A DNA stretch of 64,000 nucleotides from Verrucomicrobiota bacterium (GTDB taxonomy: Bacteria > Verrucomicrobiota > Verrucomicrobiia > Limisphaerales > CANJXF01), in NCBI GenBank assembly GCA_038214755.1, contig JBBQRQ010000001.1, positions 1 through 64,000 of the forward strand, read 5' to 3'. The notes under the pieces were generated by a model, which had not been told where the DNA came from, searched no databases, and saw nothing but the letters and a program-made list of their open reading frames with translations. Positions 49,248-59,162 of the stretch are shown here, piece by piece; within the stretch, counting starts at the first letter, position 1, and every line of letters begins with the position of its first letter. The position numbers were made by a program, and so were the translations under genes.

Positions 49248-49614
49248 GTTGCGCCAGGGAGCCTTTGATGGGGGCGTCGTCGAGCCGCAGGGGAAGGAAG
49301 CGGCGCTCCTTGTTCAGCGGGTCGCGAAACCGGAACGTGCCGGACTCCAACTGCGCCCAGTCCGAGCCGAACGCATGGGCCGACATGCAGAGCACCAGCA
49401 CGCGCGAGTGCTCCAGCCCTTCCTCGATCTTCGCCGCCCTCACCCCTGACCCCTCTCCCATCCGATGGGCGAGGGGAACCTCAGGCTTGAGCCCCCATTC
49501 ATCGAACCACACCTTCACCCCGTCCTTCCGCAACCGTTCCGCCAGCGGGCGCACCACCGCCTTGTCCTTTGCGCTGTGGCTCAGGAAGACGTCGTGTTGG
49601 AAATCATTCGACAT
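49237..49614 (-). pseudogene. Truncated TIR-domain protein (N-terminal fragment)
   Basis: DVFLSHSAKDK, VWFDEW, IEEGLEHSRVLV, SDWAQLE; ends abruptly. Confidence 0.8.
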
Positions 49615-49749
49615 GCGTTATCTCGGCGATGTAAGGCGAAACGCTTGGGTTCTTCAAGTTACATATTCTACCAACGGCAAGAAATAGAGGTTTAAAGCTA
49701 ATCGAGTTGACGCGACTTCGGGAAAAGTTTGAAACTTCGTTTTATCACT

Positions 49750-52428
49750 ATGCGCAAGCTGCTTTCTTTTTCTCATTTCTTTTCTTTTAGTTTCGCGGTG
49801 ATTTGTTTTTTTGCAGCTACGCTGATTTCCGCGAAGATCGCAGCGGAAGAGATTCGTCCTGACCTTGATTATTTTCCGTCGCGTCTGCACGCCGCTATTT
49901 TTCGGAACTGGGACATTGTTCCGCACGAGCGGCTGGCGAAAGTTTTGGCCACAGATATTTCTGTCATTGAAAAGGCGGGCAAAGAACTTGGCCTGCATAA
50001 AGCAAAATCGCTCACGCCGGAGGAAATCCACCGCAACATCGAAATCGTTTTGCGCCGCAACTGGCCGCTTTTCCCGCGAAATCAAATTGAAGAACTGCTG
50101 AACTTTTCGCCGCAAGAATTTGACGAGTTTCTATCGAAGGAAATTTTTCTGCGCGCGCTATTGGCGAGTCCGCCGCCCGGTCTAACGCCGTTGAAATTCA
50201 CTTCGGAGGGACGCGCTCCGCAAGTCCCCTATCAAAAAGAAAATTCAGGGACTCGCGGAGCGCGTCCCTCCGAGGTTTTGGCAGCGCGGGTGCAATGGTT
50301 CGGCGAACAGGTTCGCAAGCATCTCAAAAATGTAGGTGACACGCCGGAGGAACCGAGACTCGCTTTCGTCTCGGAGCTTTGTCAGGCGCACAATCCGGAG
50401 GATTTTATTCGCGGAACAAGACCGAAGCCGGGCGACGCGGATTTGGGTTTGTTCAAGACGATTCACTTGTCATTTGAACCAGGAATTGTTTTGAAAAATG
50501 CCGCCAAGGATTTCTCCGATTATTGCGAACAGGTTCAGCACGCCAGAAAACTCAAGCTGTCCGATGCGGCGGATTCATCCCGTAAAATGATCTGGCTTGA
50601 TCTGACTACATCCTCCAATGCAACCGAAACTTATGCGCTGAAAATTTCTTCCGATTCGATTTCTCTATCGTCCGGCAGCGAACTTGGCCTCGCTCGCGGC
50701 CTGATGGAATTGGAAAGAAGAATGGCCGAGCGCGGCGGGCCTTTTCTTTCGCCAACGGATGAAACGAATTCTCCATCGTTTAGTCTGCGTTATGTCTCCT
50801 CCTATTTTTCGCTGCTGACCGATCCGCTCGGCCACGATTTGGATTACGGATTTTCCGACGGTTACTTGAATGAAATTTTTCATCAGGACGCCGATGGCAT
50901 TTGGCTCTACGTGTTGTTGAATGATCTGGTGCCGTCGCCGGTTTTTGAGGGGATGGGCGTTGGCAGCGAAGCGCGATTGCAGCGCCTGCGTGATCTGGTG
51001 AATCGCGCCGCTAAACGTGGTTTGAAAGTTTATCTTTATCTCAACGAACCGCGCGCGCAGTTCCTTCCGTTCTTCGACAAATATCCCGAAGTCAAAGGCC
51101 AGCCTGAGGGCAACACCGCCGCGCTTTGCACTTCAACTGATCTTGTGCAAAAACATTTGCGCGGTTCGTGCGAAAAATTATTCCGCGAAGTTCCTGGACT
51201 CGGTGGTGTCTTCGTCATCACTGCGAGCGAAAATCTTTCCAATTGTTACTCGCATCGCTACGGAAAAAATCTTCTGTGCCCGCGTTGCGCAAAGCGCACT
51301 CCAGCCGAGGTGGTCGCAGAAACCATTCGCTGCATGTCGGAAGGTGTTTGGGCCGCCGACCCGAAAGCCAAGTTCATCGTCTGGGATTGGAGCTGGCACT
51401 CGGTTCTCGGCGAAGAAGTTCCTGAACAAATCATTCAACGCTTGCCGAAAGGCGTCGGGCTGATGGCGGATTTTGAACGCGGCACCCGCATCGAACGCGG
51501 CGGAATTCCGATGAACGTCGAGGAATATTCCATTTCTACCATTGGTCCGTCACCGCGCGCGAAGATTCGGTCTGAACAAGCCAAAAAATTTGGTTTTGAT
51601 TTTCTCGCGAAGATTCAACTCTCGACCACATGGGAATGCGGAACCGTTCCGTTCATTCCAGTTCCAAATCTGCTTGCGCGAAAAGCGCAGGGAATGCGCA
51701 ACATCGGCGTGAATGGCGTGATGGCGACGTGGACGATCGGCAGTTATCCGTCACCGAATACCGAAGCGTTCGCAATTCAAAATTGGAATCCCAATCTGTC
51801 AGAGGAAGAAGTTTTGCGGAGAATCGCAGCGAAACGTTACGGACCGGCCGCAGTTGAAAGTGCCGTGCGCGGCTGGACAAAGTTAAGCGCAGCGTTCGCG
51901 GAAGAATTTCCCTTTTCGGTTTCGCCCTATTCCGCGCCACTCCAACACGGGCCCTCGCTACCGCTCTATCGCCGGGATATTCCGCCGCCTTACGGACAGG
52001 TGACTCTTTTTAATTGCAAAGATGATTGGCAACATTGGCCGCCGCCGTATTCGCCAGAAATGATGACGAAACTTTTGCGCCACCTGTGCGATCGATGGGA
52101 CGAAGGATTGAAAGATTTGCGCGAAGTGGTGGAGAGAAGCGGAGGGCGTCGCAAAATGGCCGAACGCGATTTAGGCGTCGCGTGGATGGTGGGTTATTAT
52201 TGGCGGGCTTACGCGAATGATCTGGAATTTTACAAAGCGCGCGACGGCGGAGATGCCACGGGCATGAAACAAATCGCAGCGGAAGAACTGAAAAATACTG
52301 AGCAAGCATTTCGGCTCGTGCGAAGTGATTCACGCTTCGGTTGGGAAGCGGAACTGCAATATTTTTATCGGCCTTTGGATGTCCTGGAACGATTGATTTC
52401 ACTCGACGCGGTGTTGCAGCCGCAATGA
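49750..52428 (+). CDS. Large secreted glycoside-hydrolase-like protein (GH20-type N-terminal domain plus probable TIM barrel)
   Basis: Signal peptide; ETYALKISSDSISLSSGSELGLARG; family not assignable. Confidence 0.65.
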   Translation: MRKLLSFSHFFSFSFAVICFFAATLISAKIAAEEIRPDLDYFPSRLHAAIFRNWDIVPHERLAKVLATDISVIEKAGKELGLHKAKSLTPEEIHRNIEIVLRRNWPLFPRNQIEELLNFSPQEFDEFLSKEIFLRALLASPPPGLTPLKFTSEGRAPQVPYQKENSGTRGARPSEVLAARVQWFGEQVRKHLKNVGDTPEEPRLAFVSELCQAHNPEDFIRGTRPKPGDADLGLFKTIHLSFEPGIVLKNAAKDFSDYCEQVQHARKLKLSDAADSSRKMIWLDLTTSSNATETYALKISSDSISLSSGSELGLARGLMELERRMAERGGPFLSPTDETNSPSFSLRYVSSYFSLLTDPLGHDLDYGFSDGYLNEIFHQDADGIWLYVLLNDLVPSPVFEGMGVGSEARLQRLRDLVNRAAKRGLKVYLYLNEPRAQFLPFFDKYPEVKGQPEGNTAALCTSTDLVQKHLRGSCEKLFREVPGLGGVFVITASENLSNCYSHRYGKNLLCPRCAKRTPAEVVAETIRCMSEGVWAADPKAKFIVWDWSWHSVLGEEVPEQIIQRLPKGVGLMADFERGTRIERGGIPMNVEEYSISTIGPSPRAKIRSEQAKKFGFDFLAKIQLSTTWECGTVPFIPVPNLLARKAQGMRNIGVNGVMATWTIGSYPSPNTEAFAIQNWNPNLSEEEVLRRIAAKRYGPAAVESAVRGWTKLSAAFAEEFPFSVSPYSAPLQHGPSLPLYRRDIPPPYGQVTLFNCKDDWQHWPPPYSPEMMTKLLRHLCDRWDEGLKDLREVVERSGGRRKMAERDLGVAWMVGYYWRAYANDLEFYKARDGGDATGMKQIAAEELKNTEQAFRLVRSDSRFGWEAELQYFYRPLDVLERLISLDAVLQPQ

Positions 52429-52798
52429 TTGGGAATGCTTTTCAGCACATCCCTTTCCTTCAATCCTTTAGTTTGAAAATGAAGCGTCTTTTTCATTCCT
52501 GCGCGGAAGGTGTTCAACTATTTTGCAGACGAAAAACCCTCTCCATTCACCGACGAATAAATATGAAAACTTTTTCTCAAAAAAATCTGGCACGCTACGT
52601 GTTCGTGTTGAGTTTTACGACGAGTGCGCCTATTTCTTACGCGTCGCTCAACCAACTCATCACGCAGATTTCGTGGATAAAATTGGAGCCGGGGAATGCG
52701 CGGGTTTCGCAGGCGAATGCTGGGCAAAAATAAAAGGCGTGTTTTTCAAAATCAATTTCATGGAAGGAAGTCCGCACAGGGTTGGGGTGAGCGTTGGG

Positions 52799-52899
52799 AA
52801 AAGCGGTAGAGGACTACCGCACTCCAAGACGCTCGCGCGTTGGATAATCGACTTGGAATGGCGCGAAGCGTCTTGGTGTGCGCCAGTCCTCTGGCGCTT
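52799..52899. repeat. REP-like element (family of 11173)
   Basis: aaagcgg..cgcactccaagacgct..gaagcgtcttgg..cagtcctctggcgct. Confidence 0.85.
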
Positions 52900-52947
52900 G
52901 AGCGGATATTGAAACCCTAACTCGGAAATAAATCTTGGAATAATTTT

Positions 52948-53259
52948 ATGAAAGCGGTTTTGGAAAACTCATCTCTTCGCACCCGCCGGAGGCAGATGCT
53001 ACCCGATTTACCACGTCGCGAATTTTTGAAAACGTCTGCGTTGGCAGCCGGCGGAATTTTTGTCGCCGAAAATGTCGAGTGGGCGATTGAGAATCGCGCC
53101 GTTTATGATTTTCTTTCGCACCCTGCCGTGCTTTGCGCCAAAGACCCGGAGTTCAAAGCAATTGATTTGATTTGCGACCTTGTGAAAAACGCCGGCGACC
53201 GTGCTGAGTTGGTGGATTTGGAAACCATCGCTGGGCAAATGAAATCAACCAAAGCTTAG
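52948..53259 (+). pseudogene. Internally deleted Tat-exported protein (possibly polysaccharide-deacetylase-like)
   Basis: Tat motif PRREFLK joined directly to a C-terminal-looking segment WAIENRAVYDFLSHP. Confidence 0.45.
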
Positions 53260-53295
53260 AGATGTTCAGTTAACCTCAGAGCAATCAAATCACTC

Positions 53296-56200
53296 GTGGT
53301 GATTCTTCGAAATTTAATTCTCCTGTGTTTCGTCGCCATGAGTGGCGTTGCAGAGCAACTCGATTTGTCCAAACTTCCGCCGCCTTCGCCTCGGCAAATT
53401 GATTTTGTTCGGGACATTCAACCGATTCTTTCCGAGCGGTGTTATTCGTGCCACGGCGAGTTGAAACAGGAGAGCGAATTGCGCTGGGACACGAAATCCT
53501 CCGCGTTCAAAGGCGGCGCTTCCGGCAAAGTTATCATTCCCGGAAAAAGCAGCGAAAGCCGAATGATTCATCTCGTCGCTGGCTTGGAAAAAAATCTCGT
53601 CATGCCTAAAAAAGGCGAACGATTGACGGCGGAACAAATTGGTTTGCTACGGGCGTGGATTGATCAGGGCGCAAATTGGCCGGAGCAAGTCGCGCTACCG
53701 ACAACCAAAGACAAATCCGATTGGTGGAGTTTCAAACCAGCATCGCGTCCTGACTTGCCCCGGGGCGCGGCTGTGTCGGGCTCGACCAGCCGCAGCGCAT
53801 CGAAGAAAGAAGACGCAACAGATTTATCCCAGCGACCTTTCAATGCGAAGCCGCTGCGGCTGGGCAAAGACGACACAGCCGCGCTCCAAAAAAATTGGGC
53901 GCGAAATGAAATCGATCTTTTTATTTTGGCGAAGTTGCAGGAACAAAAATTAGGGCCGTCGCCGGAAGCGGATCGGCGCACGTTGATTCGCCGCTTGAGT
54001 TTTGATCTCACCGGTTTGCCGCCGTCGCCCGAAGAAGTGGAAAAATTTGTCAGCGACAAAAGTCCCAAGGCTTACGAAAAACTCGTGGATCGTTTGCTGG
54101 CGTCGCCGCGCTACGGCGAACGTTGGGCGCGACATTGGCTCGACGTGGTTCATTTCGGCGAGACGCACGGCTATGATAAAGACAAGCCGCGTCTCAATGC
54201 CTGGCCGTATCGCGATTACGTCATTCGTTCACTGAACAGCGACAAGCCGTATTCAAAATTTGTCGAGGAACAACTTGCCGGCGACGTGCTTCATCCTGAC
54301 AGCCCGGACGGAATCGTGGCGCTCGGTTTTATTGCCGCTGGTCCGTGGGACTTTGTCGGGCATGTCGAGTTGCCGATTGAAAAAACCGACGGACTGATCG
54401 CGCGCTACAACGATCGCGACGATATGGTGATGACGACGATTTCAACTTTTCAAAGTCTAACGGTCCACTGTGCGCGTTGTCACAATCACAAATTCGATCC
54501 GATCACGCAGAAAGATTATTACAGTTTGCAATCGGTCTTTGCCGGAGTGGATCGCGCAGATAGAAATTTTGATTCAGACAAATCGGTTCAAGTTAAGCGC
54601 CGGGATTTTAGTCAGGAGAAAAAACTTTTGGAGAATCAACTCGCTGTTTTGACGAACCAGATCGCCAGGGTTTCGAGTCCCGCACTTGAGAAACTCAATT
54701 CGCAATTGGCGAACTTGAAATCGCAATCGGGTGTCTCGGACACAGCCGAGAAAAGTCCGAGCAACGGTTATCACAGCGGAATTGCGAAAACCCCCCACGT
54801 CACGAAATGGGTTCAGGTGGATTTGGGCGCAGAAAAGCAAATCGATCAAATTCGTCTCGTGCCGGCGAGGCCGGTGGATTTTCCGAATACGCCGGGCTTT
54901 GGTTTCCCACTGCGCTTCCGTGTCGAAATGTCCGACGAATCAGAGTTCAAGAAAGGAGAGATTCTCGCGGACTTTAGCGGCTTCGATTTTAAAAATCCGG
55001 GCGACGATGCCTTCACGATTCTGGTGAACAAACAAGCGACGCGCTTTGTTCGCGTGACCGCGACAAAATTATGGAAACGCACCGATGATTATGTTTTTGC
55101 GCTGGCGGAACTACAGGTTTTTTCAAACGGCACAAACGTCACCGAACACGCTGAAGTTTCAGCGCTCGATTCGATTGAAGGCGGTTTGTGGTCCAAAAAA
55201 TTTCTGGTGGATGGTTTCAGCAGCCGAACCAAGCTGAAGCCTGTTGTTTCTGTCACTGAGCAAAAAAGCCACGACGATTTAGAAAACCAAATTCAAGCAG
55301 TCCAGGAACAGCGTTCCAAATTGGTGGACTCGTTGGTTCCTCCTTTGATCAAAAAAGATTTTCAGAGCGTCACGAATCGTCTCGGCGAGTTGGCTCGCGA
55401 GATCAGCGGTTTGCCGCCTCAGCAAAAAGTGTTTGCCGCCACGAGCGATTTTCCGCCGAACGGAAATTTCATTCCTGCAAAAGTCCCACGGCCAGTGCAT
55501 CTGCTCGCGCGCGGCGATGTGACACAACCTCGTGATTTGATGCGTGCTGCCGGAGTCGCTTCCGTTGCTGGACCCAATCCTGAATTTGAAATCTCAGATA
55601 CGAATAACGAAGGCGCTCGCCGCGCCGCTCTGGCCAAATGGATAACTGATCCGAAAAACATGCTGACGCGTCGGTCGATTGTGAATCGCGTTTGGCAATA
55701 TCATTTCGAGCGCGGCATCGTCGAGACGGCGAATGATTTCGGTCACATGGGCGCGTTGCCGACGCATCCCGAATTACTCGACTGGCTCGCATTTTGGTTT
55801 TTGGAAAATGGCGAGTCGTTGAAAACACTTCATCGCCTCATCGTCACCAGTGCGACGTATCGTCAAAGTTCATCAATCAATCCTGATCTCGCGAAGTTGG
55901 ACGCCGACAATCGTTTTCTTTGGCGGATGAATTGCGAACGACTCGATGCCGAATCGATTCGCGATTCAATGTTGCTGATTAGTGGGAAACTGGATCTGGC
56001 AATGGGCGGGCCATCTATTCAGCAATTCGGTTTCAAAGACGATCATTCGCCGGTCTATGATTACACGCAGTTCGACGGAAACAGCGCCGCTGCGTGCCGC
56101 CGGAGTATTTACAGTTTCACGGTGCGGAGCGCGCCTGATCCGTTGATGGAATCGCTGGATTGCCCGGACGCTTCCATTCTCGCGCCGAAACGAAATGTCA

Positions 56201-56451
56201 CCATGACTTCGTTGCAGGCGCTGGCCGTTTTGAATAATCCGTTCGTGTTGAAGCAATGCGCGAATCTGGCGAGCCGCGTTTCAAAATCTGGCGATTTAAA
56301 AATTCAGGTTGCCCAAGCTTTTCAACTCTCCTTGAATCGTGCGCCGACCGCCGACGAAATGAAAAAACTGATTCCGTTCGCGGAAAAAAACGGCATGGAA
56401 AATTTTTGTCGCCTCCTTTTCAACCTGTCTGAATTCATGTTTGTTGATTGA
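53296..56451 (+). CDS. Planctomycete cytochrome c / DUF1549 / DUF1553 (PSD1) protein with a discoidin-like domain
   Basis: CYSCH and CARCHNH heme motifs; YGERWARHWLD; HPELLDWLA; WVQVDLG. Confidence 0.92.
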   Translation: MVILRNLILLCFVAMSGVAEQLDLSKLPPPSPRQIDFVRDIQPILSERCYSCHGELKQESELRWDTKSSAFKGGASGKVIIPGKSSESRMIHLVAGLEKNLVMPKKGERLTAEQIGLLRAWIDQGANWPEQVALPTTKDKSDWWSFKPASRPDLPRGAAVSGSTSRSASKKEDATDLSQRPFNAKPLRLGKDDTAALQKNWARNEIDLFILAKLQEQKLGPSPEADRRTLIRRLSFDLTGLPPSPEEVEKFVSDKSPKAYEKLVDRLLASPRYGERWARHWLDVVHFGETHGYDKDKPRLNAWPYRDYVIRSLNSDKPYSKFVEEQLAGDVLHPDSPDGIVALGFIAAGPWDFVGHVELPIEKTDGLIARYNDRDDMVMTTISTFQSLTVHCARCHNHKFDPITQKDYYSLQSVFAGVDRADRNFDSDKSVQVKRRDFSQEKKLLENQLAVLTNQIARVSSPALEKLNSQLANLKSQSGVSDTAEKSPSNGYHSGIAKTPHVTKWVQVDLGAEKQIDQIRLVPARPVDFPNTPGFGFPLRFRVEMSDESEFKKGEILADFSGFDFKNPGDDAFTILVNKQATRFVRVTATKLWKRTDDYVFALAELQVFSNGTNVTEHAEVSALDSIEGGLWSKKFLVDGFSSRTKLKPVVSVTEQKSHDDLENQIQAVQEQRSKLVDSLVPPLIKKDFQSVTNRLGELAREISGLPPQQKVFAATSDFPPNGNFIPAKVPRPVHLLARGDVTQPRDLMRAAGVASVAGPNPEFEISDTNNEGARRAALAKWITDPKNMLTRRSIVNRVWQYHFERGIVETANDFGHMGALPTHPELLDWLAFWFLENGESLKTLHRLIVTSATYRQSSSINPDLAKLDADNRFLWRMNCERLDAESIRDSMLLISGKLDLAMGGPSIQQFGFKDDHSPVYDYTQFDGNSAAACRRSIYSFTVRSAPDPLMESLDCPDASILAPKRNVTMTSLQALAVLNNPFVLKQCANLASRVSKSGDLKIQVAQAFQLSLNRAPTADEMKKLIPFAEKNGMENFCRLLFNLSEFMFVD

Positions 56452-57947
56452 TGAAAACCAATGCCCACATTTGTTCCTCGCAACAACAGCCCGTTCAACT
56501 CGGCGCGGGAGATTCCCGGCTCATTGACCGGCGCGAATTTCTCTGGCGCTTCGGCGGCGGACTCGGCGGGATTGCAATGGTTCATTTGCTCGGCGAAAAC
56601 GGATTGCTCGCCGAAGTGGCAAAACCGAAACAGGAATTCAATGGCGGCTTGCATTTTCCAGCGAAAGCCAAACGCGTCGTGCAACTTTTCATGTCGGGCG
56701 CGGCCAGCCAATGCGACACGTTTGATTACAAACCAGAACTTATCAAACGCGCTGGGCAAAAATTTGATCCGGGCGGAAAAGTGGAATTGTTTCAAAGCGA
56801 TCCGGGCGCGGTAATGAAAAGTCCGTGGGACTGGAAACAATACGGTCAATGCGGCAAATGGATTTCCGATTTGGTGCCGCACATCGGCTCGTGCGCCGAC
56901 GACATCACGTTCATTCATTCGATGATCTCGAAGTCAAACGTGCACGGCCCGGCCACGTTCATGCAAAACACCGGTTTTGTTTTTCCCGGATTTCCAAGTA
57001 TGGGCGGCTGGATCTCTTATGGGCTGGGAAGTCTCACGGAAAATTTGCCAACGTTCGTGGTGCTGCCCGATCCGCGGGGCCTTGCGCCAAACGGGCAGTC
57101 AAACTGGTCGGCTGGTTTTCTTCCCGCCGCGCATCAAGGCACGATGATTCGCATGGGGAAACCAAATCCAATTTATGATTTGTTTCCTCCAAAATCGGCG
57201 AACTTCATCACGCCCGAAAGCGAACGCGAAACACAAACGTTGCTCAAAGAATTAAATGAAATACATCTCGCCACGCGCGCGGGAGATTCGCGGCTCGATG
57301 CCCGAATCGCGTCGTACGAACTGGCCGCGAAGTTGCAACTGAGCGCGCCGGAAGTTTTGGATGTTTCAAGTGAGAGCGATGCGACAAAAAAACTTTATGG
57401 CCTCGACGAAAAAATCACGGAAGATTTTGGGCAACGTTGTCTGGTTGCGCGCCGGTTGCTGGAGCGCGGCGTTCGTTTTGTGCAGGTGTGGAGCGGGGCG
57501 GACAACGGATTTCCCCGACGCAACTGGGACAGTCACGAAGACCTTGCCAAAGATCATCTCGACATGGCGCGCAGCATGGACAAACCGGCGGCCGCGCTGC
57601 TCAAAGATTTGAAAGCGCGCGGAATGCTAGACGACACGATTGTTATTTGGACAACGGAGTTTGGCCGAATGCCGTGCAGTCAAGGGAGCAAAGGTCGCGA
57701 CCACAATCCATTTGCGTTCACGAGTTGGGTTGCGGGCGGCGGATTCAAAGGTGGAACTTCATTTGGCGAAAGCGATGAGTGGTCTTACAAGGCCGCGAAA
57801 GATCCGACTTATTGCTACGATCTACACGCGACGATTCTTCGGCAACTCGGCATCGACCATGAGAAATTGACCTTTCGTCACAACGGAATTGACCGGCGGT
57901 TGACCGATGTTCACGGGGAAGTGATTAAGGAAATTATTTCCGCCTGA
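56451..57947 (+). CDS. DUF1501 family protein
   Basis: RREFL Tat-like motif; WDSH; EFGRMP; GRDHN; RLTDVHG. Confidence 0.92.
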   Translation: MKTNAHICSSQQQPVQLGAGDSRLIDRREFLWRFGGGLGGIAMVHLLGENGLLAEVAKPKQEFNGGLHFPAKAKRVVQLFMSGAASQCDTFDYKPELIKRAGQKFDPGGKVELFQSDPGAVMKSPWDWKQYGQCGKWISDLVPHIGSCADDITFIHSMISKSNVHGPATFMQNTGFVFPGFPSMGGWISYGLGSLTENLPTFVVLPDPRGLAPNGQSNWSAGFLPAAHQGTMIRMGKPNPIYDLFPPKSANFITPESERETQTLLKELNEIHLATRAGDSRLDARIASYELAAKLQLSAPEVLDVSSESDATKKLYGLDEKITEDFGQRCLVARRLLERGVRFVQVWSGADNGFPRRNWDSHEDLAKDHLDMARSMDKPAAALLKDLKARGMLDDTIVIWTTEFGRMPCSQGSKGRDHNPFAFTSWVAGGGFKGGTSFGESDEWSYKAAKDPTYCYDLHATILRQLGIDHEKLTFRHNGIDRRLTDVHGEVIKEIISA

Positions 57948-57980
57948 AGGTGAGGCGTGTTGAGCGTTCGGGAATTGAGT

Positions 57981-58178
57981 TCATTCATCGCGCGATGCCA
58001 ACTGCGCTGACCGACGAAGCAATGATTGTTTCCAACGATTCATTTCAATGTGGGAACGGAATTTTTGCGATGAAAAAGAAGGCAGCGTCGGCGATTCAGC
58101 AAGCGGCGCGACCATCTGATTTTCCGCCCAGATACGGAGCTTGGCTTTGTAATCGTCGGTATATTTTATGCGCTTCAT
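57981..58178 (-). CDS. Small hypothetical protein (possible orphan antitoxin)
   Basis: 65 aa; KFRSHIEMNRWK motif. Confidence 0.5.
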   Translation of the reverse strand: MKRIKYTDDYKAKLRIWAENQMVAPLAESPTLPSFSSQKFRSHIEMNRWKQSLLRRSAQLASRDE

Positions 58179-58210
58179 TTAATTGAAAGTGGCCATTGCG
58201 GCAACGGAGA

Positions 58211-58350
58211 TTATTGCGAGAAGGCTGGTTTATTCTTAGGCCAGAGGTGGTTTTGTTCGTAGGCGTGCGCGATTTTCAAAATGGTTTCCTCGCCGAAAGG
58301 TTTGCCAAGGAGTTGGTGGCCGGTGGTAGTTCGGGATTTGTCGTGAAACC
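58211..58350 (-). pseudogene. Stranded second allele of the gatA 3' end
   Basis: GFTTNPELP../[21 protein letters not shown]; the 21-codon core is protein-identical to gatA with 9 synonymous differences. Confidence 0.9.
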
Positions 58351-58365
58351 CCAGCGCAACTCAAC

Positions 58366-58599
58366 TCATTCGCGAACGGACAAAACTTTTTTGCGTCCCT
58401 CCGAGTGCAAGCGCAACGACAACCGACCGGCGCGCACCCATCGTTTTTCCGCGCCCGCCTCGCGCACCATTTCCAGCAGGTAATGGATAAGAGTGGAGGT
58501 GGCTGCTCCCTGTTTGTGGCGAAATCGCCGCCGTCCAATCGCCAGCGCCCCGAATGACTCTGCCTCAGCCGCCTCGGCCAAATTGATTTTAGGTTTCAT
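58366..58599 (-). CDS. Small hypothetical protein coupled to the GNAT-like gene
   Basis: ATGA overlap with the 58596 stop. Confidence 0.55.
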   Translation of the reverse strand: MKPKINLAEAAEAESFGALAIGRRRFRHKQGAATSTLIHYLLEMVREAGAEKRWVRAGRLSLRLHSEGRKKVLSVRE

Positions 58600-59162
58600 A
58601 AGGTGATCCAACTTTGAGCTTGAGCTAATTTAAAAAATTCTTCTGCCGAATCAACATCGAATGTGAATACGTCGTAATTCTCATCCGATTTCGCGGTCTG
58701 TTCGGTCATGCCGATTCCCCGATAAAACATCAGCGTCTTTGCATCCGCCAACGACTCCAGCCATATTCGTCCTGCCATTCCCAATTCTTTACTGCGTGCC
58801 ACGGCCACAGCGAGCAACGTCACGCCGACATATTTCAGACCGCCCGTTCGATTTCTTGGATTCGTCGCCAGATACTCTAGGACGAGGGCTTCCGAACGTC
58901 CAATTTTTCTCCCTTTCGCCTCTATCGCCATCAAGCCATGCAGTTCTTCTCCTACGACTGCTGCGTAACACTCAATCGACGACCGACTGCGTTGAGTGAT
59001 CGCAAAAATTCCAGCCCAATCCCACTCGCGGTCGAGAGCGTTCTCTTCGTAATCCCACTGCGATTGTGCGGCGATGTCGAGCCACGTTGCTCGATGAATT
59101 TCCCCATTGACCCTGGCGCTATTTGCTCTTTCGACAAAACGCGCGGCAACAGGAAATTTCAT
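58596..59162 (-). CDS. GNAT-fold acetyltransferase-like protein
   Basis: [37 protein letters not shown] overlap with the gatA stop. Confidence 0.75.
   Translation of the reverse strand: MKFPVAARFVERANSARVNGEIHRATWLDIAAQSQWDYEENALDREWDWAGIFAITQRSRSSIECYAAVVGEELHGLMAIEAKGRKIGRSEALVLEYLATNPRNRTGGLKYVGVTLLAVAVARSKELGMAGRIWLESLADAKTLMFYRGIGMTEQTAKSDENYDVFTFDVDSAEEFFKLAQAQSWITL

Noticed and set aside
52430..52760. Short ORFs on both strands after the large hydrolase-like gene
   Set aside because: No recognisable motif or consistent coding signal.
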